DNA of 64,000 bases. Source: Trichoplax adhaerens (lineage: Eukaryota > Animalia > Placozoa). Below are positions 12,801-25,892 of the stretch, piece after piece. The stretch's first letter is position 1. Every line of letters starts with the position of its first letter. The notes under the pieces are model-generated. The model was not told where the DNA came from. It did no database searches and saw nothing but the letters and a program-made list of their open reading frames with translations. The stretch spans positions 5,928,597-5,992,596 of the forward strand of contig NW_002060946.1 in assembly GCF_000150275.1 (NCBI RefSeq), written 5' to 3'. The position numbers and the translations under genes were made by a program.

Positions 12801-15800
12801 CCATTTCTTGGAGGGTGGTAGGCTGCAAAGGGCATTGATAGCATTAAAAAGTTGCTAGTAACTTATTTATTACAGTTGATTAAGCTTATATCAATCAGTA
12901 GCTCATTGATGAGCTTCTGCAGTGATTAATTTGTTCGATATTGGCTGTACTTATTTTTCTCATTTTATGAATTAAAATCACTAACATACAAGTCTCTAAT
13001 CATATTCTCAGTGGAACATATTTATAATTCATATAAATAATTTACAAACTTTATATAACTAACAGATAACAGATAGATTTACTCACTGCAAAACTGCATA
13101 AGCCACTAATGTTAATGCTATACAAAGTAAAGAGACACAGCTTGTAATAAGCCCAAGGAGGCGCAAAGCTTCTCGATCAGCACCAGATCCAGTTAGGGTA
13201 TTATTACTTCCATTTTGCTCCTGTAATGATAATAGTTGAAAAAAATAACATAAGAATCTCATCTAACTTGCATTTCAGCTTTTCTTCTCAACTTTGCAAC
13301 AATTCATGTTACTGTACGTTAACAAAATAGCTGCCCTCTAATTGCGTTCAAGTTATACCTCACCTGATAACCAGCACCTCCTAAATCACTGAAAGTAAAG
13401 GGAATTGGATTATTAAATATAAGGATACTTGTTCGATTAGCTGGTGGAACAGTCGAGCCAATAAGTGGACAAGGCTCTTTCTGACCCGTTAAAGCAATAG
13501 TAATACCATGGATAATATCCTCGATATGAAGATTATTTTCATCAATCTTGTAATTTGGATCTTGAGAAATCTCAGTATGTGCTTTGCCTACTAGAGCAGC
13601 TAATAAGGTATGAACCGTATTCTTAAGCCGATCCATTGACGTCTCCTATCGAAAAGAAATTTAAAGTAAAATTTATAGCATGATTTATTAAGAAGAAATA
13701 ACTACATTAAACAGGAATATTGGAAATAATTATTTTCTAGTAGAGAGTTATTATAATAGTATTAGCTATACAATTACCGGCACCGGACAGTGTTTATTAG
13801 CAACCATGTGCCTGACCATTTTGATACCACCGTAAGCTAGGCACTAATAATTAATTTATAAATTAAGCAAAATATTATCGATAACTGTGGTTAATTTCTT
13901 TTTGATTCTACCTTAAACATGACAGTAATAATTAATTTATAGATTAAGCAAAATATTATCATATATACAGTGAACAAGAAATAGATTGATCCTTAAATAT
14001 TGAATTAGCTTTTGATTTGGGAATCATGTAACTATTAGCTATATTATAGTCAGTCTGACTAGATAAATAATGCTATATTGCTTACATGCAAACGAAACTT
14101 TTAAATTTCATGATAATTATTGACTTAGGTCAAGTTTTAAAATTGAGCATTTCAATTTGAAGAATGCTAATTAATATATAGCAAACTTCATACAGCATAA
14201 CTACATCATAAATTAAAATTTATCATTAATATTTCTTAAAGACCTAATCCATACTTACACAACTAAATATCGTGAAATTCTTATTACTGGTTTCAGTTTG
14301 ATTAAGCCTGGATTGATATAATAGCTCAAATCCTTTAATAGGTATATTAAAATCAGCAACATCATTAAAATGATGGCGGATAAAACTCGATAGCACACCC
14401 AGATAGTACAGCGTGTAGTCATACGCAAATGGTGAATCCATCTAATCATAGAAATGAAAAATATAAATCGTCAAAATGAAATAGTTTTCATATGCTCGTA
14501 TTTCATCATATGCAAAGCTTAAAGTTTACAGCATTTTTGTCCGTAACATTAAATACTATAATTCAGGATAATTAGATTAAGCGTTCCTTCACACTCTCTC
14601 TATATATACTTCTATTTAGTAAACATTCTTTTTACTAAAACATTTACGTTGGCTCAGTTTGATATTTTGTCCTCAAGACATTCTAAGAGGATGATACTAA
14701 AACACATATAAACTGAACTAAATAATAATTTAATTCCTCTCTCTCTCTTTATTTGTAAATTTAGAAAAAATATCGCCGCAGTAACAAGCAAAAGGAAAGT
14801 AATTTTATTTTTTAACCTGTAATTACCATAACTTAGACTTGTAAGTTAAAGATCGCTATTCTTACCCTACTGACAACATCGTTCAGGACTTGCGAGTGGC
14901 AATTGCATGGATCTACGGTATCCCATTTAGCCTGATCGTTTACCGGTAAGCAAGTTCTCTGCACGTAACCTAAAGATATTCCAAATTTGCCAGCATCAAT
15001 AATGAATTCATTAACCTTACACTAATAGATAAATTGAAATGATAGCGAATAATTTTATTATCCATTTACCACTAAGGTGCATTTGTAAGCCTTCTTGATT
15101 ACGACAGTCGTTTATCTTATCGCACTTGTAATAATTAATACAACTTTCTGTTCTTCGGCCAGTTATAGTTACGTTTCTGTAGGTAGGAGGCCACAATGTA
15201 CCATCAAAATATTGGGAATAGCATTTACTAGCTTGCTCTATAATTTTGCGAGTTCAATAAAAGTGTGAGAAATTCGATTTTCATCACTATAAGGTAAAAA
15301 TGACCACTGATATAAAGATAAAGAAACCTTATGCTTCTAGTTTTGCTATCAATCTTAGATTACGATTAACGCTGACACGAACATTTCAAGTCAAACAGCT
15401 GTTAAACTACAAATCAAAAAATGACTATTGATTGTAATGAGAGATAAAGAAACCTTGTACTTCTAGTTTTGCTATCGATCTGCAATTATGTAAATTAATT
15501 ATCATTTATTCTAGTATGAAAATTTTTAATAAAATAGTCATAGCTATAAACAATTCAAACTGAAATAAAAGGCACTATTAGAAAGCAATTATTGTAACTA
15601 ACCAAAATATGAGACAATTCTATAGATGACCAGTTGTTGCATATGGATTTATTACAGTAAACAAATTAACTGTAGTGTACTGCTTGGAGTCTGCTGTCAT
15701 ACTTGTTCTCTAAGGCAGTTACCTGCATTACAACTCAATAATTGCAACTGAAAATCGTCAAGGGTCCACAAAAACTTCATATCCCTCCTAAGTTATAAGC

Positions 15801-18800
15801 TAAGTTCTTTCTTAAAACTAGCTAATAAACTAGCTAACCTATAGTATCATGATGTTAATATTCATTATCGGCGCTTATATGATACTATAAATTTATGCAA
15901 TTATTTATTCAAATCTGTCTAAAAAATTAGCTAATTTATAGTATTATAATGTTAACAATCATTATCAGTGCTTATATAGCACCATAAAAGTATATAGTAC
16001 CTATTAAAATTTGTATGAAATACTAGATAATAGTATTATCAGTACAGTATATACCAAACTATCCCATCTATCGAAATAGATTTAGAATTTTTCAATGAAA
16101 AATTACTTCATGACACCAATCTAACTGCTATATTTTCTCACTTATGAAATGGAATAGATATACGATAAAGATTTAAAAAAGTAAATTACAGACGAAGAAA
16201 ACACTGTTCGATTCGATAGAATATTCTAAACAGCTCAATATTCGACTCAAATATCTGACACAGTTCTCATTCTTCCGCAGATCTATATTAAGAGCCGTTT
16301 ATTGGAAAGGCGATAGAACTAAGAGGTATTGACTTAGATTATAGCTAAGAGCACGATATTAAAGAAAAACTACCTAAACGTGGTGGACAATCGGCAACAG
16401 ACGCAGCTGGTTCAAAGTTTTGACAGCATATAACTGTGCCATTTGTATCGTTGGCCAGAGCATCTACTATTGGAGCCAATGTTTTTGGCTACAAGCAATG
16501 AAAAATTCAGCTAGTGTTAAGTTAATTGAAAACTTTAGTTTAATCGTTTCAAGAATAAAGTGTTAGGTGCCGCCAAATCTAAGGCAGATATAAAATAATC
16601 AAATTATTCAAATTATTTATACTGGGTTTGGATAACTATAAAATTTGCTACACCAATTAAATACATATAAATTTCATTAGTATTCAGGTAAAGTCGGAAG
16701 TGAGGTTTAACACATCTAAGTTCATTGTAGAATTATTCTAAGAACTAATTCAAGCAAGTTAAAATGCATCTGAAATATCTTACCGCATCTGAACAAGAAG
16801 TAAGATTCATGACTCTCAGAGCAGCTTGATATAGACACTATAAATTGACGTAGAATGAATTTTGAAATAACTTTAAACTCAATATCTATTGTCAGTAGAA
16901 TTGCTAAAATGATTCGAAGTAAATAATTCCAGAACTCATGATAGAGGAAAAGAACTTACATGAGAATTCCAATTTCGCGTTAAATCATTACTATGAGAGG
17001 GCAATGAATAGATTGAATATAAAGTTTTAATGGTAGAAACCAAATCATCCAAAAAAAAATTAGGATTGCCAAGTATTCTTCTGGGTTGACTAAAGAAATT
17101 ACTCATAAGTTCATTGTCCACATTTTTTGCATAAGTGTGTAATACTGATGCATTTGTGCTTTCGGTGGTATTCTATAAATTGTAAAAATAAAAAAAAAGG
17201 AATTTTAAATTATTCATTTCAACTTAGACAAGAACTACTCTCCAATAATTTTTCATATTGCCTATGAATACGTCATATCATATGTCATTTTATAACATAA
17301 AAGAATATATGATGTCTGTATCAGGTTAATATTAGCATATATTGTTAATACAAAATAAAATGAATTTATTTCAATGACATAGCAAATCTACTCTCTGCAT
17401 CCTTATAGCCTTGACCATTACGCCTATAGCTAACGTATAAATAATAGATAACTATTTTATTTTGAATAGATTAAATTTTTGGTTGATAGATTTCTAAATT
17501 AATTTATAACTGAAGTATAAATTATCATTTTTACTTTATTCTGAATAGGGTATATTAATATTACAAATCGATGAACTGCTCTTATGATTTCAGCTTGATT
17601 AAAATATCAACATTTTGCATTTCGGTTCGTTTCATTCAACAATACTATAATCTAAGGTACATTAAAATTTAAAAGCGACAGAAAAAGGCTGAAAGGTAAG
17701 CTGTAAAGCCAAGAATTCATAAAAAAAATCATTACAAAAGTCTTCATTAATAGTATTTAAATTAGTCCTGCATCATCTAATTAAATCAATTAAAAATCTT
17801 AATACTAGCAGCATCTATAAAAAATTGAACAATAAATAGAAAGCTGGTTACGGCTCTATAATATTCATTTCTATAATTTCTATCAGAATTTATTATTACA
17901 ATTTTATAGGAATACGTTGGAATAATTACAGATTCAAACAATAAAATGTAAATCACATGAAGCCCTTTACCTCAAGGTTGGCTTTCATATTTGCAATACT
18001 TTTTTGATTACATCGGCATATGTCAATGTCTGTTAATCCACCTAATATCCAACCTCCAGGAGCTTTCCAACAAGGTAATTTCACTTCTCCAGCTATAACT
18101 ATAACAAAATCATTAAGCTAACTATTAGTGCAAGGATAAAAATACTGGCGATATTCCGTATATAGTACTATGATATTGCTATTGATCTATGAAATAATAG
18201 AGTAAATTAATTAACGACTTTATAACATTCAGCTATTGGAGGCCTTAAAGTCGGCATACACAAAATCGTAAAGGCAGGCAATTAAATAACTCATCTGACC
18301 AAAGTTCTAGCTGTCCATCAAATACAATCAGTAGTTTCCTATATTTCTATATCAATTTTAAATACAGAAACTCCTATAGGCAGGCAAGCAATGAATTATC
18401 TATCTTACTAAGGAGGTCATTGTAGCTATTCATTCAAGATCTCCTTGGATCTCAATATTTTTCAAATCATCTTATAGCGTATTATAGACCAGATTGTTTA
18501 CTATCGTATTTCGTCACAGTTTTATACTTATACGCCAATCGCTATCCTATAATTCGTTCTTTTTAAATAAATCGAGTGCTGTATAACGTAGTTTGAATTC
18601 AAGTCATCTATTTTAAGACTACATAGTTGCATCTTCCCAAATTTTAGAAACTGCTTTATCTTGATATTTGTCTATTTTTAGTAAACTTACGATTGCATTT
18701 TTAATATTAATCAAATGAATCAAAGTTCCAGATATCAACAAATCTAGGTGATTATAATGTAAAGAAGCGTCTGCCTTGCATGAAGAGCATATTAAAGTAC

Positions 18801-19046
18801 AATCAGTACGGTAATGTCATTTATTCTTAGCCTTGGTACACTTTGAAAATAAGAGAATATTATCTACTAATGATATCAAATAGAATTATCTCTTACCTGT
18901 ATTTCCTTGAGTACCAAATAGTGAAGTAGATCTGCAACTATGAGATACATTTATTGTAGTATCGTTTGAATTCGAATCTGGCTTAAGATACCATATTGTT
19001 CCAGCTACAAAGCCGTAACAAAATGGATATGCAGTACTGGCAGTAG
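9893..19046 (-). CDS. Adhesion-class (family B2) GPCR: two HRM-like domains, reduced GAIN-like region without GPS, 7TM; 5' signal-peptide exon(s) uncertain
   Basis: 20 phase-compatible GT-AG exons: 19046-18897, 18092-17971, 17172-16960, 16837-16784, 16488-16374, 14969-14866, 14441-14259, 13843-13778, 13645-13364, 13220-13087, 12822-12711, 12078-11922, 11724-11640, 11537-11477, 11353-11238, 11008-10843, 10709-10662, 10558-10492, 10100-10039, 9934-9893. 7TM motifs: ALRLLGLITSCVSLLCIALTL, IHTNLVIAI, FTWMLVEGIHMY, GLGWLLP, CWL, FLGP, LLGLTW, LQGFFFFVFHCL. The last two exons are less certain (alternative read-through stop near 10437). Confidence 0.9.
15296..15481. repeat. Intronic direct duplication (~60-bp core, 2 copies)
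   Basis: GATAAAGAAACCTT(A/G)T(G/A)CTTCTAGTTTTGCTATC(A/G)ATCT at ~15318 and ~15443. Confidence 0.8.
15831..15990. repeat. Intronic direct duplication (~60 bp, 2 diverged copies)
   Basis: TAGCTAA..TATAGTAT.AT.ATGTTAA.A.TCATTATC.G.GCTTATAT at ~15831 and ~15928. Confidence 0.7.
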
Positions 19047-22000
19047 CTACAGAAATAAATCAATACGTTATCATATTAAGAAATACTGCATGAATACATT
19101 TATATAATATATATTTAATAACGTATACACATTTATCTACAAATGTTGAACCATTAATTAAAATATACAGGCACATGCATGCTCAACCATAGGTTGTAAA
19201 TTAGTAAATGCAATTTACTAATTATGTTTCAATTGAATATTTCATAATACAGTTGAGTATTTTGTTATAACTGACATAAAGTTGTAACTATTGTAAAGTT
19301 GTATAACAGTGAACATTGTAATCACAATTATTTGGCTAAGCATTTAACTCTCGGAATTGTTATTTAGTATTAGATACGTACTGTAATATACGAACTCATT
19401 ATATGCCATCTTAAGTAATTTCCTATGACTGGCATGAAGCCACCTCTGCACTAATTGTGTAGAATTGCGATTGTACTAATGATGTGAATTAGACTAGAAA
19501 TTTAGTAGCTACGGCAACAATTATATCATAATCATAATGGCTGATAATAGTAAGTAGCTCGCTTCCATTTTCATTGAACTTAGTCAAAATATCGATAGAT
19601 CTCGCATAGAATACCTTTCTAATAATATAATATGCAAATTTAAACTAGTGGAACATTGAGTACCTTTATCAGCTCTTTCTAAGAGAATTAATCACAGATT
19701 GACTATTTTAAAAAAATTGCTTTCATAGTATACAATAATGTATATAGCAAGGTTAAGAGAAAAATGATATTTTGAATATCTCCATACTTAAGCACATTTA
19801 TATCTCTTTATTACTTTTCAGATTCTGATGCAAAGCTGATAAATTCATAAAAACGTTCCCTAACAGTAGCATACTACTTAGTGCTACAGGTAATAAACCA
19901 GCACCAATATAATGCTATGCATAGCTCATTTAATGACCTATGGGCTCCTTCATAAACCCATAATGCAGCCAATGTTGGTTATTAAATCTTAGAAAAAACC
20001 ATACTACAAATCATTACGTACACTATAAGAGCTAGGAAGTGAAGTATTTTAGCACCATCATCGAAATAAGATAGTTTTGCAATAACTTTATGTACAATAA
20101 CATCTTATGTTTTAATTAAATAATTATAATGCTATTTCGTGCATATTATAAAATCTCAAATTTACTTCCCATTCAGTATTACATAATAGGGACGGTTAAA
20201 TTTTCTGCTAGATTTGAACTATAGATATACAGCCCTTCCTTAGCAGGATAAAATTAGTACTTCTGCAATGTATTGTACAGCGTAGAAATAAATATATGCT
20301 ACTAATTTATGGCGCAGACACAAATAAATAAACAAGAACAGCAATTAATCATCTAACTTACTAAATAATTCATTAATTATATAGGTATATGTCACAATTT
20401 CACTTCTGCGACAAGGTAACATACAGTAAAAGCCTATAAGTAGCTACTGACTTAAGCGCCCTTTTACTTAACGTTAAACACACACAGCAAAAGACTGTAA
20501 AGATGAAGCTTTTATTAGCAAAGATACATCTACAACTTTTTACCACCCTCTCAACTCAAATGTTCCCGTTTATATAGGAACCGTCTAATTTGTAAATAAC
20601 AACAGTATTATTATTATACCCTACTAGGAGAATCATCTCGAACTAAGATGCTCCTTACATAGCTTTTCTATCAGTAAATATTTTGAATCTCTTACGCATA
20701 CTTAATCTTAATCTAAGCTCGTAGGTTGTCTAATTTAACTATCATCAACTAGAACTTGAATCATCCTACTGCTATCTATCACACAATAACAATCAATATC
20801 AAATATGTAATGAACTATTACAAACAATATCTACGTTAAGGCATTACTTATCTTACCTAGCACTACAAATATGGATATTCTCCATACTAGCTACTACTGT
20901 ACTTATTAAACTATCCTAATGACAAGGCAACACCGTAACAGTATACTACCTATATTACAAATATAAATTAGTTCTAAACAATTTTATGATACTGTAATAC
21001 TAGACTACATTAAGAAGCTATGATCAAACTTGCAATAAATGCAATGAATGATTACGTACATCGTAGAAATGTTGCAATTTTTGTTATTCATTATATTGCC
21101 TGAGGCAACACTTTAAGCTATTGTCTCAATAAATAAGACTAAAATTAAATGACTTGAATGGATGATAGCAGTTATATAGTAGTAAAGTTAAAATGTAGCG
21201 AAATTTTTTTGATAAAACTATTTCTTATAACTTCACAGGAATAAATACTAATAAACGTAATTATTTTAATAGTAGAAGCTCTCTATTCGCACACTTTGAC
21301 TTATGAGCCTATCTGCAATAATCTACAGTATTCTATCGACTGCTGAAGTTGTAGTATTATAGTAAAGCTACACATTAGATGCGAATTCATTATATAATTA
21401 TCAATCCAGACTACGATCCTGGCTCACTTACGTTGCTAAACAAAATGTTGTTTGCTACTATAATTTGATTAGAAATTTTATATCTTTAGTGTTCTTGTTA
21501 GCTAGTCTACGTTGTTTTTATTCTTCCTCTCGCTAAAGTAGTTAATCTAGGAATTGGAGCGATGAAATTAGAGTAGCCGTTTAGCAATTGCAATCAATTT
21601 GACAATATTACTACTTATAGTAAGTTAGGATTATTTAACATTATCCTGTTTACTTAATTATTCGGGCAGAAAACTTGGAGATAACAATTAATGAATCAAA
21701 AATAACAATCCTATGTATGATTACTCATCATAATCTCGTCTCTGTGGTTTTATATTAGTTTTGACGAATTTTTTTTCTTTCGATGCCGCAAGGTATAAAA
21801 TTTTATTCTACGAACACATTCATAGTCTATGGATACATATTTATTAACAATGCTCAAATGGTTGTCAATATCTATTCTTACTGACCAACATAGACTAATC
21901 TATTAAAATTATAATATATAATGATCAAAGAGATTCTATTTTGTAACCCAATGATGTTATCTAGTTACGATCTATTGAATAAGAAAACTTGCACCTAAAG

Positions 22001-23211
22001 ATGTTAATAGATTAAACTATCACTTCCATCTAGTATTTTCATCAATAAACATTAATTTAATATTGCAATTTATTAGATTATTCTTTATCTTATCCACTTT
22101 TATTCCATATTATTTATGATTCATAAAGTCACATTAAAAGGAAATAATGCATAATGATTCTCTTGTTATACGCCCATGTCTATTGTTTAAATTTGATTTT
22201 CATCCTTATATAACTAATGATGATTTAATTTCGTCATGATGAGATACAGATATTAAAGAATTCACAGTACAATAAGAGCTTTAAGAAATTATTGTATGTA
22301 GATAGTTAAGATACTCTTTAGATCCTCCTATCCTTTCAATCTATTTTATACTGATTTGAGGTCTGTAATATCATTGAATGGCTCATTTTACAATAGAGAA
22401 TGGGAATGTAATAACTAAGGAAATCATTTCGATGACGCCTGTAGGTCAGGTAGGTTAGTTCCTATTTTCTTTGATCTATTCCCTACCGCTTATATATCCC
22501 ATTATCACGCCGTAAAGATATTAAATCATGTAGACGCGTAAAGCAACTATACAAAGATCAGACAGATAGCTTAGAAGATTGGAACACTTGTAGCAAATTT
22601 TGTTGCTTTAGTCGTTTTATTTTGCAGGATTGATAGGTTTGAATGGAATTATTGTCGTCAAACTACGATAATACGTCGATAGAATGTTGACCAATTTGTG
22701 AAATGAGTTTGAGATGCGATAGATAGATGGTCATTAAGCTAGATTCGACGTATTTCTAATTTAAACTCTGGATATAACAGAAATTTCCGAAAGAGATAAC
22801 CAGACTTGCTTATGAACTACATATCCTTATATAAGAGCGATAAAGGGGATTCAATTTCTAGTTTAAACTATGACTGTTCATAATCACGAATAAATATATT
22901 AATAGTCTGAAGACGTAGAGATATCAATTGGGATAATATTCAATTATACTAAACACGAAACGATGGTTACAACTTGATTATAGGTCAACTTACGCTTTTA
23001 ATTGAAAATAAATGCCGTTATCATGCAAATAATTTCATTGTGATACTTTCTTAAATATATATTCTATTACTAAGACAAATAATACCGTCAATTTTCTCTG
23101 CAATATAGTTAATCATCAATAATTTCTTAGGTATATTTCCAAAGTTTACTTAAATTTGAGTGCAGTTCAATTTAATTTGTCAATAACAATCAACTAATCC
23201 CAAATTAAAAT

Positions 23212-23640
23212 TTAGATTACATGATATGTTAATCTTATTTGACTACCATTTATTAATTAGAGTGAAAGATGGCATCGGTTAGATGGTAATTAAATTCTGT
23301 ATGTCTCAATCGCCATGGATAAATGTATAACTAACTTCTTAATATAAAGTTTGAATTTTATTATTGTGATTTCAATGCCCGTATTAAAACGCAATCTACC
23401 GTAAATTCAGATTCAGTCGCAAATCGAAGTTTAAATTAAATGTGCTAATCTCATTTGACTGCATTATATTAATTCTCGTAAATAATGGCATCGGTTAATC
23501 GGTAATCAAGTTCTGTAGACCGCAATCAGCATAGATAGTTATATAACTAACTTCTTAATGTAAAGTTTAAATTTTATTATTATTGGACTTTAATGCTCAT
23601 ATGAAAACGTAATCAACCATAAATTCAGATTCAATCATAA
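23212..23640. repeat. Diverged tandem duplication, 2 copies of ~215 bp
   Basis: Blocks ATTTGACT, ATGGCATCGGTTA, TATAACTAACTTCTTAAT.TAAAGTTT.AATTTTATTATT and TAAATTCAGATTCA occur in the same order twice. Confidence 0.85.
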
Positions 23641-25624
23641 AATAAATCCTGCAAGAATAGAAACATCTTTTATTAACACTTGAAAAATTAAGTTATATCC
23701 TATAATCGTTAACGCTAACTTCTATGGTCTTGACTTTCTAAACTGCTAACAACCGTGAAGTTCAATCTAAATAAGTAACGAAATATCTTGTAAATTTAGT
23801 TACTTTTTAATTGTCATGATGGTGTTGAAATTGTTAGCCATATCTAAACCAATTTTTCTATCGTCTCTTTTAACTCGAACTCATTTTGCGATCAGCATAA
23901 ATTATAGTTGTATAATATCAAAATCGAATTTGTTTACTTTATCATCTATTACAAAATAATTTTTATGGAATAACACGAGAAGGGTTTTGTTTATTGTCTG
24001 TATGAATAGTTTAAGAACAAAGAATGAGGATGATGTTAAAATGTCTCGAAATAAAGCTCAATTTGAAGCACCTCTTACTGTTCAGTTAAAACTACTATCT
24101 ATAATATTTCTCTATTGGATCCAATTTAATTCTGTAATTAAGTTAAATCTTTAATTTAGTTTGCGTTCTTGCTACTATTAGAGAAATTTCTCTTGCTTTT
24201 TACGGCATTTATTTGAATTACTATTCGAACTTTAACACTATATTTGTTATCTTCTTAATTATTATTTCTTATTTTCTGATTAAGAAATTATTATCAAACC
24301 AGGTCTTTTCGTAGAATATTTCTAGCCTAGACCTTATCATTCGCGATGATAAAAAATTTACTAAAATAACAGACATTGCCGTGGCTGTGCAGGGAAATGC
24401 CACTTGTTTTTACTAGTATAAAAGAGAAATGATGAAAGATATAGGGCTTTTGCATTTTATTGTAAAATAATTAGATAAAATTGCATGATTTACCGAGTTG
24501 ATTTCAGGCATTTAATTTTGATTACTAGGCTAGCTCTGCAGCATCGTATTAATTTAGTTAATATGACTCAGAAATAAATCTACTGTATTCGTATAAGTGA
24601 ATATTATTTCATACATAGTATTCATAATTTACAAATTGATTGTTTGCAAAGACTATAAAATTAGATATTCTTCAACGCCATTTTATTTATGGCGATTAGT
24701 CATTATTCAGGAATAATCGCAATTTATTAAATTGGCCACCTACTATGTTATCAATAAAGATTCTATTAGTAATTAATGGGCTTTCTAAAGCACCAGTTTC
24801 ACGATAAATCATTTAGAACGCAACGGGTGCCGTATCAAGGAACAAGGACTCGAATTAAGCTGATCACTTTCAGGTTCTCCTAGATATCTACTCTTATACT
24901 ATGAACAAACAAAAGATCATTAAAGTTACTTATACTGCCGCCATTGCCGTTAAACTTGAGCACTAATGTAACTGCTCTCATTAAAAATTTCATGGTCCAA
25001 AGAGTCAAGCAAGCGAAACAGAAAGTCTATTAACATACGTAATATTAATGTTAAGACAAATATATCCAATCTGAAATAGTTTTAAAACTTAAATTCCAAT
25101 GAAATAGATCATTTTTCAAATTAAAGAAAATCGTCAGTTATGAGATCATTCTGTATCATTTATTTAACGATCCAATAAACATAGTTAATGCAACTGATGT
25201 CGATTAAATCATATAGAAATGAAATAAAAAATGGTCCTGTTCAACTGATCTTTTCAGTATAAGTGAAGATGCGAGTTGCCGCATTACATTAACACTATAG
25301 CATGAGTGAATATCGAAAGGGTATTTTGAAATGGCATCGGTTACAAATAATAATTAGGAATACGGCAGTAAAGCGCACATATCGAATAATTCGCAGAATA
25401 GCCCTCATAAATAGTAAAGTTAACCTTTAAAATTTACCCAGCGTATTTTAAAATTGATCCGGCTCTTTCAGAATTAAGGAAAGGCCCCGTATTAAAGATA
25501 GCTCGTAAAGTACAAAAGTAAGAGCACTGGTATCTTATAATGCGTATATATTAATAGAGATAAAATTATATATCTCCATTTTTCTCGTAAGCGAGGGATT
25601 ATATAATTATCTATTAAAAATTAC

Positions 25625-25892
25625 GCGAGGAAATTCAAACTGTTCGCTATCTACAGTATTTCTCGTACAACATTATTTCATTTTTAAATTTTTTGTTGCA
25701 TTATTGTATCCTGCCCTTTTGAGTTAATTAATAACTAATTAGAACAATTTTCACGACATTTTCATGACTGTCTATTTTCTGTTATTACTTATTCATTGAT
25801 AAGATGAGATTATACTAGTCATCGCCATGCGAGGAAACTCAAATTGTTAGCTATCTACTTCTCGTATTATTTCATTTTTTTTAATTTTTTGC
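25625..25892. repeat. Direct duplication of ~65 bp (2 copies ~200 bp apart)
   Basis: GCGAGGAAA.TCAAA.TGTT.GCTATCTAC...TTCTCGTA...TTATTTCATTTTT at ~25625 and ~25829. Confidence 0.75.
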
